Origin: Octopus vulgaris
Taxonomy: Eukaryota
Direction of reading: 5' to 3'
NCBI GenBank assembly: GCA_951406725.2
Contig: OX597818.1
Coordinates: forward strand, 620,001 to 684,000
Length of the DNA: 64,000 nt
A program made the translations under genes and the position numbers. Shown here piece by piece: positions 1-12,737 of this stretch. The notes below the pieces were generated by a model, which saw only the letters and a program-made list of their open reading frames with translations, had not been told where the DNA came from and did no database searches. Within the stretch, counting starts at the first letter, position 1, and each line of letters starts with the position of its first letter.

Positions 1-259
1 GATTCATTATTCTTGATATTTCAACAGCAAATGCATGTTGTGCAGCAGTCCAAGACACTATAACTGTCTGGCTACCTTCACTAATGCTACACTAATGGCC
101 ATGTAAAATGTGGGAACTTTTTCTGCTACACCCTTTGAAATCTTCATGTGGTCAAGTGATTAGGGTGTTAGGTTTACAATCATAAAGTCATGAGTTCAAT
201 TCCTGGATTGGACAGTGCATTATAGCCTTGAGTATGGCACTTTATATACCAATTCTGGT

Positions 260-858
260 CATGTGTTGCAAATGCATGAGGACAGTTGTATGAAAAAGTG
301 TCACACTCTAGCAGTTGAGGAAACCTGTGGAAGCAGTAAACCCAGGAAGACCTGGGATAAGGTGGTGTAGCACAAGCTTCGAACATTGGGCAATGACAAG
401 TGACCGAGACTTTTGGAGATAGGCTGTGCTTAAGAAGACACGGCAAGCCAAGTGAGACCATAACCGTGGCCTATGCCAGTGCTATATAACCAGTCCATTT
501 AAGAGTACCCTTCAATCACTGGACAATAAACTACACTTGCAAAGAAGTGTTGAGGCAAGTGAAATCATTGTTATGGTCGGTGACAGTACCACCTGATAAA
601 AGCACCATTCAAGCATGATCATTGCCAGGGCTGCTGACTACCTCCCATACCCGCGGCATGTAAAAAACCACTATTCAAGTGCGATCGTTCCTGTGCAGGT
701 GGCACATAAAAAGCACCATTTGAGTGTGGCCGATGCCAGTACCAACTGGTGGCAAGTAAAAAAAAAGCCCACTACATTCTTGTAGTGGTTGGCGTTAGGA
801 AGGGCATCTAACTGTAGAAACTTTGCCAGATCAGATTGGAGATTGGTGCAGCCTAGTG
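260..858 (+). mobile_element. Degenerate 3' end of an RTE-type LINE (C-terminal ORF remnant plus repeat-containing 3' UTR)
   Basis: Similar to 46460-47210: encodes a decayed ..KKCH..VE...G.GRPRKTWD.. segment, then ggtggcac.taaaaagcacc repeats and the ccactaca..gtggttggcgttaggaagggcatc tail. Confidence 0.8.
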
Positions 859-861
859 GTA

Positions 862-2530
862 TTTGGAAAAGTTATACCCAATTTTATGAAGACAGGAAAT
901 GTTACGTTCCTTAATGTTGTTAATAAGCGGAATTTTAACCTCAATTAGAAAAAAATTTCATTATACATAATAAACATTTTCTATTTTTATTATTGTACAC
1001 AGGTGCTGATATTAATATTTTCCAGTGTAAATTATAATTAATTCCCCCATCCTTAAGTTCCCATATGTAGCTACTTAACCCTGTAGAATTCCTCCTGTTT
1101 CTGTTTCTAAATGTATAGTTGTGATAATTAAGTCTCTGTTTCATATTGTTTTTTTTGTCACACCCACATATACCTTACTACCATATATACTCCTTTCTTA
1201 TGCAGTTATTATTAAATACACAATTATTACATATTCTACAATTACATGTTCTGCATTGCTGTACAGGGTTTATGTTGTTATACTATTATTTCTTTGGTTA
1301 TTGTTGATCCTAATAATGTTATTATTGCTTATACTATTATGATCATTAATGTTAGTACAATTACTATTATTTGCACTTCCATTGCTACTGTTTTTTTATT
1401 GTTGTTGTTGTTATTATTATTATTATTATAGTTGTTTTTATTATTTATCGTTGTATTACTTCTATTATCTTTTCTACTTAGAAGTTCAGTTTTCTATTGT
1501 TAATTGAGGTTATATGTTCGACTATATCCTATTCTTATTGTTTTGTTATTAATTATCTCCCAATATTTTTTTCCTTTTGCAAAATGTTTATTTATTAAAC
1601 TAAAAATTGCTTTTACTATGTTATTTTTGATTTGCATAGTGAAAGGGATTATTAGCCATAAAGTATCTATTTCGTTATTTCCCTTATATGGGTTACTTAT
1701 ATTATGTGTAAATTCTCTGTTATTCTTATTTTTATATTTAATCATACTCTCTTTGTTATAATTATTTCTATTATTACTAATGATTTTATTATTGTTATAA
1801 TCATTGTTGTTATTCTGTCTATCATTATTATTATTATTAATGGGTTGTCCTATCGTATTTATATTTCTTTTTTATTATTATTGTTATTTTTATATTTATC
1901 TTTGGTAGTGTTATATTTGTCTAAATTATGTGGGTTGGGGGTAGTTACTCTATCCTGACTATCATAGTTAATATTATTGGGGAGGTATTTAATTTTACCT
2001 TTATATCCTGCATTTTTTAATGCTATATAGTATTTTTCCTTATGCTTATTAAATATCTCTTCAATAGAAAATAGGCTTGAAATTCTTTTACTTATATTTA
2101 GTAGTAAGATTTTCTTTTTATTTGTGGGGGATGGTTACTAAAATTATTTATATATCTTAATTTAGAGTTTTCTTTTATATAAGGCTCATGGAGTCTGATA
2201 TTTAGGTTACAATTTGCATCTAAATAGTTTATAGAATAGTTTTCATTTTCAATAATTATGGATAAGCCAAACCTATTAAAGAATTTATGCAAACACTTTT
2301 TTAGCAGTTCAAGACGTCTAGTCGAAAAGTTCTTAACTAAGAATAGTGCATCATCCCTATAGAGACCTCCAGTTAATTCAGGGAATTCTCTACCTATATT
2401 GTCTAAGATATATAGACCTACAAGGTCTGTCGCTTCTGCTGAGTCTGGCGATCCCATTGTAATATCAAAGAGGTCCAGTGTATCTTTTCTTGCTCATAAT
2501 TTGTTATCAAATTTGATAACAGTCTTACGG
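862..2530 (-). mobile_element. 5'-truncated, frameshifted Penelope-like retroelement (RT plus C-terminal GIY-YIG-type endonuclease; resembles the Hydra-type PLE layout)
   Basis: Minus-strand fragments: RT 'MGSPDSAEATDLVGLY..GLYRDDALF' (2098-2457); 'WLIIPF..LINKHF..IINNKTIRIGYS' (1500-1745); CNCR..C and YVG near 1160-1245; 'RNSTGLSSYIWELKD..CLLC' (941-1144). Confidence 0.85.
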
Positions 2531-2599
2531 CACACTTAACCTTGTGTACTTTCTAAAATTTCTGACGAAGCTTAGAGAAACACCCATATATATATATAC

Positions 2600-3135
2600 A
2601 GATCAAGAAAGAAAGACCACTTTTCACTTCACTATGTCCCTGTCACTTTTTCTCGCCCCTCCTTAATTCTTCTGTACCCCTGCTTCTACTTCTTTCTCTT
2701 CTCTTCCCATGTGACAGGCCAAGCCTGTTCTTTCTTTCTTGGTCTGGCCGTTGTCTGTGCAACATTGATGTTCCTCCCTGTGTTTGTGAAATCTTGTATC
2801 TCTGCCATAAGGCTTCATTTCCACACATGCCAGCTTAATTTAATTCGTCCCTTAGTCGAAAGACACCTGTTGTTATGTCCTGTTTTTTTTGTATTTGTGT
2901 AACATGGTCCATTTTTTCTGTCCTTGTTTTTGTATACATTCGCTGCTTTCTTCCAAGGAATCTAATGCTCTTCACTTTTTCCTTGGGGCTGGCCAGATTG
3001 GAGCAATCTCAAGTATAATCAGCTGCAATTGCGAATATAATCTGGTACTTGACTGAGGAAAGAAAACTTTGAATGATCCATCCTTGTTTTCTTTGTATCG
3101 TCTATGTGGATGTTTTGCGTTCTTGTCCCATTTTG

Positions 3136-3140
<5 letters not shown>
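2600..3140. repeat. Unclassified interspersed repeat between (TA)n tracts, possibly a PLE pseudo-LTR remnant
   Basis: Bounded by TA runs. 3015-3090 partly resembles 3975-4085 (cagc.gaaatt.gc..gactga.ga..ttcgaatga). Confidence 0.35.
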
Positions 3141-3179
<39 letters not shown>

Positions 3180-3539
3180 ATGTATATATAGCGGTGAATG
3201 TACACTTTGGTCCCTACATATATATGTATAAGGTGGTTTGCGATTGGTTGAGTTAGGTCACGTGGTGTCCTGGTTTGATGTTAGTATACAGGTAACTGTT
3301 AGTCGGAAAATACCGGATGGTGAACAGGAAGTATATATGATGTGCATGTATATAATTCTACACATGGGTGTGCAGATGCGTTCATATGCTTTTGTGTGCA
3401 TGTGTGTACTGATCCGAGTAGGCACATGTGCACTTGCATGCACATGAGTATGCATGTGTGAAACAAGCATTGAGAATTGGTATGTGTTGGGGATTGGTAT
3501 GCTCATGGGATTAGTTTGCAGTGGTAACCTTGGTGCAGA

Positions 3540-3950
3540 TGGTGCAGATTAGCAGCTGGTGCTAAGTTGATATATCTGGCAGTCAGAGGCCTGAAATTGC
3601 TGGAGACAGCAATACAATAAATCATATTCCTTGTTGATGAATACTATGGGTTGTTGGAGGATAAGCAGTTTTTCATGTAGGTAGAGCTGGCAGTTGAGGG
3701 TGCCAGATGAATATGGTAGCATTCTGTCAACAATAGTTCACTTGATGCTGGGTATTTCATCTCAGTGATAAAAAGTCTCCAGAGTAAATGAGACAAGCAA
3801 GTAGAGTTCTCTCTGTCCATGGATCTGGACGACTGTATATGCTGAGAGTATCTTCACTCGCCTGAAACTCAACAGTACCAACAAATTTGAATCAAACTGT
3901 TTTGATCCCAATAAATTTGTTGAGTGCCCTTCTTTTGTTTGTCTACTCAC
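3540..3950 (-). mobile_element. Decayed PLE endonuclease remnant
   Basis: Minus translation gives 'DRENSTCLSHLLWRL' and 'CQLYLHEKLLIL', matching the 'RNSTGLSSYIWELK..C.LC' segment of the PLE at 941-1144. It is also similar to 54950-55130. Confidence 0.6.
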
Positions 3951-4107
3951 TCATATATATATATATATATATATAAGAATTGAACAGCCGAAATTTGCTA
4001 TGATGATTCGGTGTCTGACTGAAGATTGAAGGCTTCGAATGATTTGTCTGTGTTCCGTGTTCGTCCCTTCCTGTATTTCTCGTTCATTATATATAAAAAC
4101 ATTCATT

Positions 4108-4168
<61 letters not shown>

Positions 4169-4789
4169 ATATATTTAGAGAGAGAGAGAGATGAATACTG
4201 ATCTTCCAAGTAGCATGCTTGATAATTAAGGGATTACTCTCTTAACATGAAACCAATGGTAGCCTTAAATTATAAATAACTTTTATGCACTAATGCAGTA
4301 CTAAAGCACTCATTCTCACTGTTTGATATATATATGTTTTTCTGCTGTTTAAATAGCTTTTATTTCAAGGTAGGTGTAACTATTACAGTTAAATTTTAAC
4401 AGGCTGTATTTACAAAAGTACTATTATGCCTGATACTCTTCAATGTAAACTATAGAGTGGAAGGTTCATGTGTTATTAGTGAATCCAAGTAACAGTTAAG
4501 ATTTTCAGAGTCATGCATAAACATGGGTAATGAGGAAACATGAATAAATGAAAGGTGTAGTCAGTCACACATTTTATCAACCAAGCTGTTTAGCAAAATT
4601 TAAATGTTTTTCACTGTGTGAGCTCATCGAACTTGTTGAGATTTCACTTGGTAACTACAAAACAAATATTTGTTGTGCACTGGAATTACTCAATTTCGTA
4701 GTAGAAAAATATGTATTAATACACACACAAACACGCAACTATATAAAAAAAATCATCATATATATATTTATATATGTATAGGTGCATAC

Positions 4790-4820
<31 letters not shown>

Positions 4821-4920
4821 ATAAAAAATAAATATTTTTATGTGCTCAAGAACATCGATTGAAAAAGAACTCTGAAGAAGTGTTAAGTATATAATCTAAT
4901 ATTCTCAATAAAATTACAAT

Positions 4921-4965
<45 letters not shown>

Positions 4966-5255
4966 TACATATATGTACCATGTATCAATATAGATACACA
5001 CATACATGTGCATCAATACACACAAATACTATTTGCATTACCATTTACATCTTCTTTCAGTGTATGTTTTGTTTATACATGTTTCAGCCACTGGACTGCA
5101 GTTATGGTGGGACACTGCCTTGAAGGGTTTAGTCAAACAAATCAACTGAAGTACTTTTTTTTTTCCAAACCACTAAGTTATGGGGGTGTAAATGAAAAAC
5201 CGACTGTCAAACGGTGGTTTGGATCAAACATATACACAAAGACACATACACATAT

Positions 5256-5648
5256 CTTTTATCTTTTGTTTCAGTCATTTGATTATGGCCATGCTGGGGC
5301 ACTGCTTTGAAGGATTTTAATCAAACAAATTAACCCCAGGGCTTCTATTTTTTAAAGCCTGGTACCCATTCTATTGGTCTCTTTTGCTGAGCCATTAAAT
5401 TACAGGAATATAAACACGCCAACACAGGTTGTCAAGCAGTGGTGGGGGACAAACACAGAGACACACATAGATATATGCCTATATATATATACAACAGGCT
5501 TCTTTCACTTTCCATCTACCAAATCCACACACAAAGCTTTGGTCAGCCTGAGGCTACAAGAGAAGACACTTGCCTAAAGTGCCACACAATGGGACTGAAC
5601 CCAGAACTATGCAGTGGGAAGCAAGCTTCTTACCACACAGTCACATCT
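5256..5648 (-). mobile_element. tRNA-derived SINE of the same family as 41053-41485, with partial copies at about 5070-5240 and 5795-5945
   Basis: Reverse complement matches the head (gtgtggtaagaagcttgctt..ggttcagtccca..gtggcac), body (ggatttggtaga.ggaaa) and tail (catggcca..tcaaatgactgaaaca). Confidence 0.8.
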
Positions 5649-6677
5649 GAACGTTTTTTTATTTTTTGTAGACTTATTAATTGTTCACTTCCTGTGCATA
5701 TTCTATGTACTGTTCATGTAGCTTTGGTTACTTTTTCTGAGGATTTGTAGTACACCTGAGCATTGAGTACAATAAGTTCATTATTATATATATACAATGA
5801 GTTTCAGTTTTCATCAGCTAAATTTACTTACAGGGCTTTGGATGAACTGAGGTTATAGGTGAAGACACTTGCCCAAGGTGCCACACAATGAGATTGAACC
5901 CTGAACCATGTGGTTGAGAAGCTAATTACTTACCACCGTCACACATTGGTAATAATTAAATACTTGATGTACTAAGCAAATCTCAAACTCATTTCATATC
6001 AGTTAAACAAATTTGTTGTATGTAGATTATTATCATTATTATTGTGCCATTTCTATTTGGTAACAGATGACCTAAAAAAATCACTTAGAACAACTTGCAT
6101 ACAAAAAATAGCAAATATAATGTATATTTACTGAATGGGCTTCTTTTAAAGTTTTCCTATAAAAAAATTTAATTTCTAACAATTTTTTTTTCAAATGCTA
6201 CAAGAAGTAATTAAATTCTATTTCCTAGGTTTCTTCATAATGGAATACGGATATTTATTTTAAAAAATTTTTATGTGACTAAAAAGTTTTCTTTTAACAG
6301 TATATTATGAATATAATACAATTCTGAGTTAAGTACACATATGCTCTCAAAGCGTATCATCACATCACTCTAAATTCATATTCAAGTGCTGTTGACAGTT
6401 TAATTAATGTGTAATGAATAACAGAACAGAAATTCTTTGCAGACATTGAAACATTTCGATGGTCTATTGTTGGCAACATTTCTATTTAGCCTTTTTTTTT
6501 TTTTTATTTAGCTGTGAGTAATTTCTGGTAACAGAATCAAGATGTGAGAAGATATGAACTCGTCTTACCCGGAACAAGATCAGGAAATGCCAGCAAATGA
6601 CCAACTATGATCAAGTTATTTTTGTAGAAATTTAAATGATTAAGCAAAACCTGTGTTTTTTCACCCTTCTTCATCTC

Positions 6678-6721
<44 letters not shown>

Positions 6722-7595
6722 TTGACACACCTAGTTCTGTTCTTCTTATCCCCACTCCCACCACATCTCAATCTCCAACCTCTACACAAGCAGTTTTACC
6801 TATCCTTTCCACACCAAGTACCAACTCACTGGACTTCTTTCCTCTTCCCACTGAAAATCTCCCTAAGCAGTGTCGAAAGTATATAAAAGTTAGCAAATTG
6901 ATAGCACTATGATCAGAGCCTGAGTGAATGTGCTGCAGTATTTGTTCTCTGGGTTCTCTGGGCCCCAAGTTCAAATCACACAAAAATCAACTCTGACTTT
7001 TATACTTTCTGAGTTGATAAGTACCAGTTAAGTACTGGGGTTGATTTTCCTTCCAGCCTCTCTCTCTCTCTCTCTCAATCAATCAATTACATTGTGTTGT
7101 AAGATGGGGCCAAGTGTGACTCCCACCACCACCACCACCACCACAGTGTCTTTTCTTCTGGAAATAAAGAATGGTTAAAACTCTAGCAACTTCTTTCAAT
7201 AGAAAATCTAATATAGTACTGAAACTGTGCAAAGATGGATTGATATGCAATGTAGTTTCAAATGTAAAGAAGAGGAAGCAGAATTATCTAGGAAACTCAA
7301 GTAATAGGTGCTTCAGTTTATCGATTCAATTGGGAAAGGTTTTCAGGTATTAAAACATGTACACAACCAATAACTTATACAAATATATTATATGTAAGCA
7401 CATAGTTCATAGAAATAGCAGCCAAGTCTACCTCAGAAGGACACATTGGATTATCCATTGTAACATTTTTGTTCATGGGCATTCAATCAGAGCAGACAAG
7501 GGTCGAACAAGAGATAGCTAAATTTGCATAGTCCTAAGTTGTATAAGAAGAGAGGAAAACAAAAATATCACAAAAGTGTTGTTATGAGAATAGTG

Positions 7596-7780
7596 ACAAG
7601 GTGACAGAATTGTTAGAGCATTGAACAAATTGCTAAGCAACATTTCTTTCAGTTGTTTACATTCTCTGTTCAAATCCCACAAGTCAACTTTGTCTTTCAT
7701 ACCTCCTGGGCTGATAAAATAAAGTACCAATCAAGTACTTTCCACAAAATTGCTGACCTTATGCCAAAAATTAAACCAAT
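7596..7780 (+). mobile_element. Second SINE-like family; other copies at about 6890-7045, 9160-9278 (-), 27000-27110 (-), 38445-38640 and 56162-56355
   Basis: Recurrent motif g.cagaat..ttag..ca....aaat.ct.agca..attt..ctgagttcaaat..gtcaacttt..ataaaataagtacca..aagtactgggg. Confidence 0.6.
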
Positions 7781-10006
7781 TATTAGGATAGACATAACTC
7801 TTCAGAAATATTAGAGAAATTAGAATTTATCTTACCCGAGAACCAAATATAACAGACTGAGGGATTTATTTTGAAAGATAATTTACTTTAATTACAACTT
7901 TGTCAGTAAAATAATGTCTTGGATTGTGTGGTGATGAAGAAGGATTTACAATCACATGATTATGGGTTCAATTCCACTATGTGACATGTTCAGAAACTAC
8001 CTCCTATCATAGCATCAGGCTAACCCAAAATTTGAGAGTGAAATAATGTAGACTGAAACTATGTGGATATGTTTGAAACCATCGAGATCCTCTGTCTAGC
8101 CTTGGAGGGCCTGCAAGGTCATAGGTGCTGACCTTCCTCCTCAGAGAAACCATTTATTAAAAGATATCAAAGCAACAGACAAATATTGCATGAAAAGAGT
8201 GAGGTCAGTAAATATGTTTTGATCAATTCAGGATGTACTGAACCACTGGGAATCAGTTGGTCTAGCCATGGACTCTATACACTACTATCATCAGAGGCAC
8301 TATACAATACTATTGCAATGGGCTCTATATAGTAATATTACCAGAAATAATATATACATTTGGTAGATCACCACTACTACCACAATACCATTGCTGCCAC
8401 CACCACCACCACACAGAATTATCATGAGACATGCTTGACTTGTTTACAATGATTAAGAAGTTTCTGGTTCATTATGAATGAAGACAGGTTTTTAGTCGAA
8501 AGGTAATGGGAAGTTACCACATTCATTCTCTTTTTAAGAATATTAGTGGTATGAGTTGTTTAGTCCCAGGTCAGCCTGAACCAAGCACACAAATGAGCAA
8601 AAGCATTCCAGCATAATAGCTATTCTATTCTTCTTTCAGCTGTAGCATATCCAGAATTACATTATCCAATGAGTCTCTTTCATTTTAAAGACACTACAAT
8701 GTAATTTTAAGAAGATTTGGCTGCAGTTTCTAGCAGGTAGCATAGAATGAATGGAGTAAAATGGCACTGTAAAGGAATGATAATTGGGTAGCTGCTTAGA
8801 ACTTAAGTTTACTCTGCAGTTTGACTAATAATAATAAATACAAACAACATATATACCAATCAACAGTTTTATAAATGTCATAGACACCAACAATTAGGCC
8901 ATTACATTGTTTTACAGTGAGAACTAAAAGCTAGTACCAAATCAGACCCAATTAACAGAAGTTAAAGGCCACACTGTTAAGTGCAACCAAGATTTTAACT
9001 TTACTTAACTTTCACAAAATTTTGAGAACTGACCACATTTTATTTTCAATCTTCTACTTAAATTCCTGGTAACTTATATAGAAATTAAAATCTGCGACAG
9101 AATGAATCTGTAAGCAAATAAGTTATTTTACCTGTTAAGGAAAAAAAATATATAAGGATTATCAAGGATAAGAGGCAAAGTCAACCTCAGTGGAATTTGA
9201 ACTCAGAATGTGAAGACAGACAAAATGCTGCTAAGCATTTTGTTCAACATGCTAATGATTCTGCCAGCTTGCTGCCTTATGTTCTGGAAATATTAAGTGT
9301 TCTTCTTTCTTAAGGAGGAAGAGGGGCAATGTTCATGACATGTGAGGGCCACACTCTCAAACTAGCAAGACTGATGACACTGATTTCCAACCTGAACTTC
9401 TTCAGATGGTTAATGTCTGTTGTAAGCCCAAGAACAGGGATGAAACTAAGTTTACTGGCTCCAATAACTGCAACAAAGTGAACTCTGCAAACGTTACCCA
9501 AAGTGCCAAGTGGTAGTGTTCAACAAGATGGTATGTAAAAAAAACCACCTCACTTTAGGTTAAGAGAAAGACACCAAAGCCTGGTTCATGTATTAGGATC
9601 CCTACCACCAGCTTGTATGTTCAATTCTTGGGCTGGATAATTTATTGTGGTCTTGAACAAGACACTTTATGTCTACTGAGTTGAAAATGAGCAGCAGCCT
9701 AGTGGTGGTATGGTACAATTCCCCCACCACCTACCACATCTTCAATGTTTCATTGGATCAAGTTTGGTGAGACCAAAAGAGTGTTAATGTTTGTTCACAA
9801 CAACATATGATCCTAGAACAATTTATGGAAGTATCATCATACATGCTGCCATTTACAAATAATGGGAATGATCTTTTTCTTTTTTTTTTTTTTTGGCTTT
9901 GATTTATTTTAAAGTTAATATTACATAGTTTCTGCAGTCCTTATATAGAAACATAAAAACAAATTCCTTAAATGATGAGTTTTTCAAACACCATTGTTTT
10001 ATCCTA

Positions 10007-10247
10007 TTAATACTTTTGCAATAATATTTCAAATTATATAAACTGTCCATGTGTTTCAATTAATTTTGTAATTAATCTGGAATTTGCATAGATTTAGCAA
10101 AATAACTTTTCTACTGTAAATTTGGTGTTTTGAACTTAAATGGTCCTTATCATAGGTTTTTAACTTAAATATGAATATTTTACAGTAAGAAGTTTTGTAC
10201 AACAGAACCAAAGATGATCTCTGGTAATTTGATACCAAAAGGGTTAA
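10007..10247. mobile_element. TTAA-flanked (piggyBac-like) MITE remnant; related copies at about 58863-59052 and starting at about 43378
   Basis: Termini ttaa-tacttttg...caaaaggg-ttaa. The other copy has ttaa-tcctttt...caaaaggg-ttac. Confidence 0.5.
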
Positions 10248-10542
10248 GGTAGAAACTGTGTTTTGCATCTTTATAAGTAAACAAGTTCTATAGATATTTT
10301 GTTCATTTTTCCCATTTAGTTTTGTGATTGACAATTTAAGAATTGGCAGGATTTGTAAATTGCAGAATATTGACAGCAATACTTGCAGAACAATAGTCTG
10401 TGATACTGTTATGGTTTCTACTACATTCTGTCGCAGCAAAGAAGTTCCTTTCTGCTATGAGAAATGAAAAATATTCCAGCTGTGCTACAAAATAACATAT
10501 TACTTCTGGCTAACATTTACTGTAAGTAAAACATAATGTGCA

Positions 10543-10604
<62 letters not shown>

Positions 10605-11280
10605 ATCAGGCAGTTAAGCTGAAACTGTTTTCAAATGCTATATTTTAATAATTAGCATGAATTAAAAGCTAATATTTTTCCTCAAATTCTGACAGATTGT
10701 ATTGAGTTGTACCAAGTGTTACATTAATGCTGATACAGAGAATGCAAAAGCTAGAGTTTGCTATACTCTGGCTGCTAAGTTGAATGTTACAGAAGATTTT
10801 CTCTATTTATTTCATATTTGCATGGTCACAAGCATACTAGTACCATTCTGGCTGGTTTAAATATTGTAATAAATCCAGCCACCAACATAACCAGCTTGCA
10901 GGGAACTGTGGTGTGTACATCAGGATTATAGCTAGAGCCATTAAAAATTACTTAGCTATAAAGCCATACATTCATGGGGATTGAAATATTCTCACAGACT
11001 ATTCTAAAGCTATTACGACTGAGAGAACCTCAAAATTTTTCGACTCAAGGGAAAGAAAGTGAGAATCTTTGTTAAAAAGAAATTCATATTTGACCAATTC
11101 ATCAGTGGTCACATTTGCAGGGTTATTGTATTTGAGCCTTTTTAAGTGCCTGCTGGCATATAAAATGAGAATCCAGCATCAGTGATGGTGTTTGGAGCCA
11201 TATGATGGACATGAGATGCCTCTTCAATATATTTCTTATTTTGATAATAAGTGAATAAACTTCACTGAATATAGATATAT

Positions 11281-11523
11281 AGAATTACGAAGTCGAGGCA
11301 AATATCACCAGCTGACCGGTGTCTGCTACTCTAGGCCGATGAAGGACAACGATCCTGAAACACGGTGTCCCTAGATGCAGTTCCAGCGGCCGGGGGTGTT
11401 TGTCTCCCCTTAGGGAAAAAATGTGTCAAAGCTATCAGGAGGCGTTCGATGCTTCTTAGGGCTATACAGCGGTGGTGTACCCCCTACTGTCACGTTCTTG
11501 TTAGATTGACAGTATACAACCAT

Positions 11524-11527
<4 letters not shown>
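11281..11527 (+). mobile_element. Short non-coding hammerhead-bearing element (PLE pseudo-LTR or retrozyme-like) ending in (TA)n
   Basis: GC-richer 250-bp block in AT-rich DNA, containing the hammerhead at 11323-11380 and followed by a TA run. Confidence 0.6.
11323..11380 (+). ncRNA. Type I hammerhead ribozyme motif (CCGAUGA core variant)
   Basis: Stem I tctagg/cctaga extended by ctgc/gcag; core CCGATGA; stem II agga-caacga-tcct; GAAA; stem III acac-g-gtgt; GUC triplet at 11367-11369. Confidence 0.8.
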
Positions 11528-11570
<43 letters not shown>

Positions 11571-11574
<4 letters not shown>

Positions 11575-12687
11575 GCCCAAGTATTCTCCCAATTCTCCGG
11601 GCCGACCCCGGAACTATACGGTCGCTACATAGACGACTGCATAGGTGCCACCTCCCTTTCCCGCGAACAACTCTGCCATTTCATCTCTTTCCTCTCCAAC
11701 TTCCACCCCTCTCTACAATTCACTTCAACCATCTCCAATACCTCTGTCAACTTCCTTGATATCTCTCTCAGCATCGACCATCCCTCCCACTCTCTCACCA
11801 CCTCTGCCTTCTTCAAACCCACGGATTCATACCTCTATCTCAACTTCTCCTCCTCCCACCCCTTCCACACCAAACGGGCCATCCCCTTCTCCCAGTTCCT
11901 CCGCCTCCGACGTTTGTGCAGCCGCGACCAGGATTTCGAGACCCAATCTCAATACCTGGCCCGCCTGTTCAGGCACCGAGGATACCCACCTACACTAGTC
12001 TTAAATGCCCTCGCCCACGCCCGTCACATCGACCGCACCACCGCCCTTTCTCCTTCCTCTCACCCCCCCAACTGCATCCCCTTTCCCCTCCTTTTCCACC
12101 CCTCTACTCTACCCCTTCATCGGAAGATACTACGTGCCTGCCATCGCCTCCAGCTCGATCCCATGACCCGCCCCATTTTCCCCAACCCACCCCTGTCCTC
12201 CTTCAAACGAGCCCGGAATCTATGCAACCTCCTGGTCCATAGCACCCTCTCTTCTTCCCCCTCAGCCCCACACGGATCATTCCCGTGCTCTAGATCCCGC
12301 TGCAACACCTGCCCCTTCATCACCAACACCACTGCTGTCACCGGTTCCAACCAGCGAACTGTACGTATCAGACATTCTTTTACGTGCACCTCGTCTGGCC
12401 TCATATACTGTATTAAATGCAACCTCTGCAGAATGCTGTATATAGGACAGACAGGACACTGCTTGTCAGACCGATTCGCCGAACATCTAAGGGATGCTCG
12501 TCTACGGTCCTTTTCTCCCGTCGCACGTCACTTCCGTTCGGCCAGCCATTCCCCCGATGACATCTCTGTGTTTGGTCTCGCCCCACACAACGGTCTTCCA
12601 CAATCCAGGCTTCACTTGGAGCAACGTTTCATCTTCACTCTACAAACCAATACCCCACACGGACTCAACACAGCCCCCTCCTCTTAG
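11571..12687 (+). CDS. Uninterrupted 3' part of a PLE ORF: RT C-terminus, Cys-rich linker and GIY-YIG endonuclease (Neptune-like layout); 5'-truncated
   Basis: 'YGRYIDDC', 'VNFLDI', 'FKPTD..YLNFSSSHP.HTKRAIPFSQFLRLRRLCS', 'CSRSRCNTC', 'GLIYCIKC..C..LYIGQTG..L..RF.EH', 'EQRFI..L.T..P.GLN'. Confidence 0.92.
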
Positions 12688-12737
12688 TGACTGCGCTCAA
12701 CCTCTCTTTCTCCACCCCTTTTTTTTAATCCTTGTAC

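Noticed and set aside
862-2530. Selenocysteine-recoding (Naiad-type) PLE
   Set aside because: The endonuclease is C-terminal, the disruptions seen are frameshifts, and no SECIS-like element was identified.
2561-2585. ctgacga..gaaac hammerhead-like core
   Set aside because: No convincing stem II, stem III or cleavage triplet; truncated by a TA run.
9315-9529. Plus-strand exon-like segment with AG and GT boundaries
   Set aside because: All three frames contain stops.
10056-10439. 127-aa minus-strand ORF
   Set aside because: Half of it overlaps a TTAA-type MITE and it has no recognisable motif.
11365-11570. N-terminal 69 aa of the 440-aa ORF
   Set aside because: It starts inside the hammerhead element and reads through a (TA)n run (YIYIY). 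This is a chance in-frame fusion; PLE similarity begins only at about 11571.
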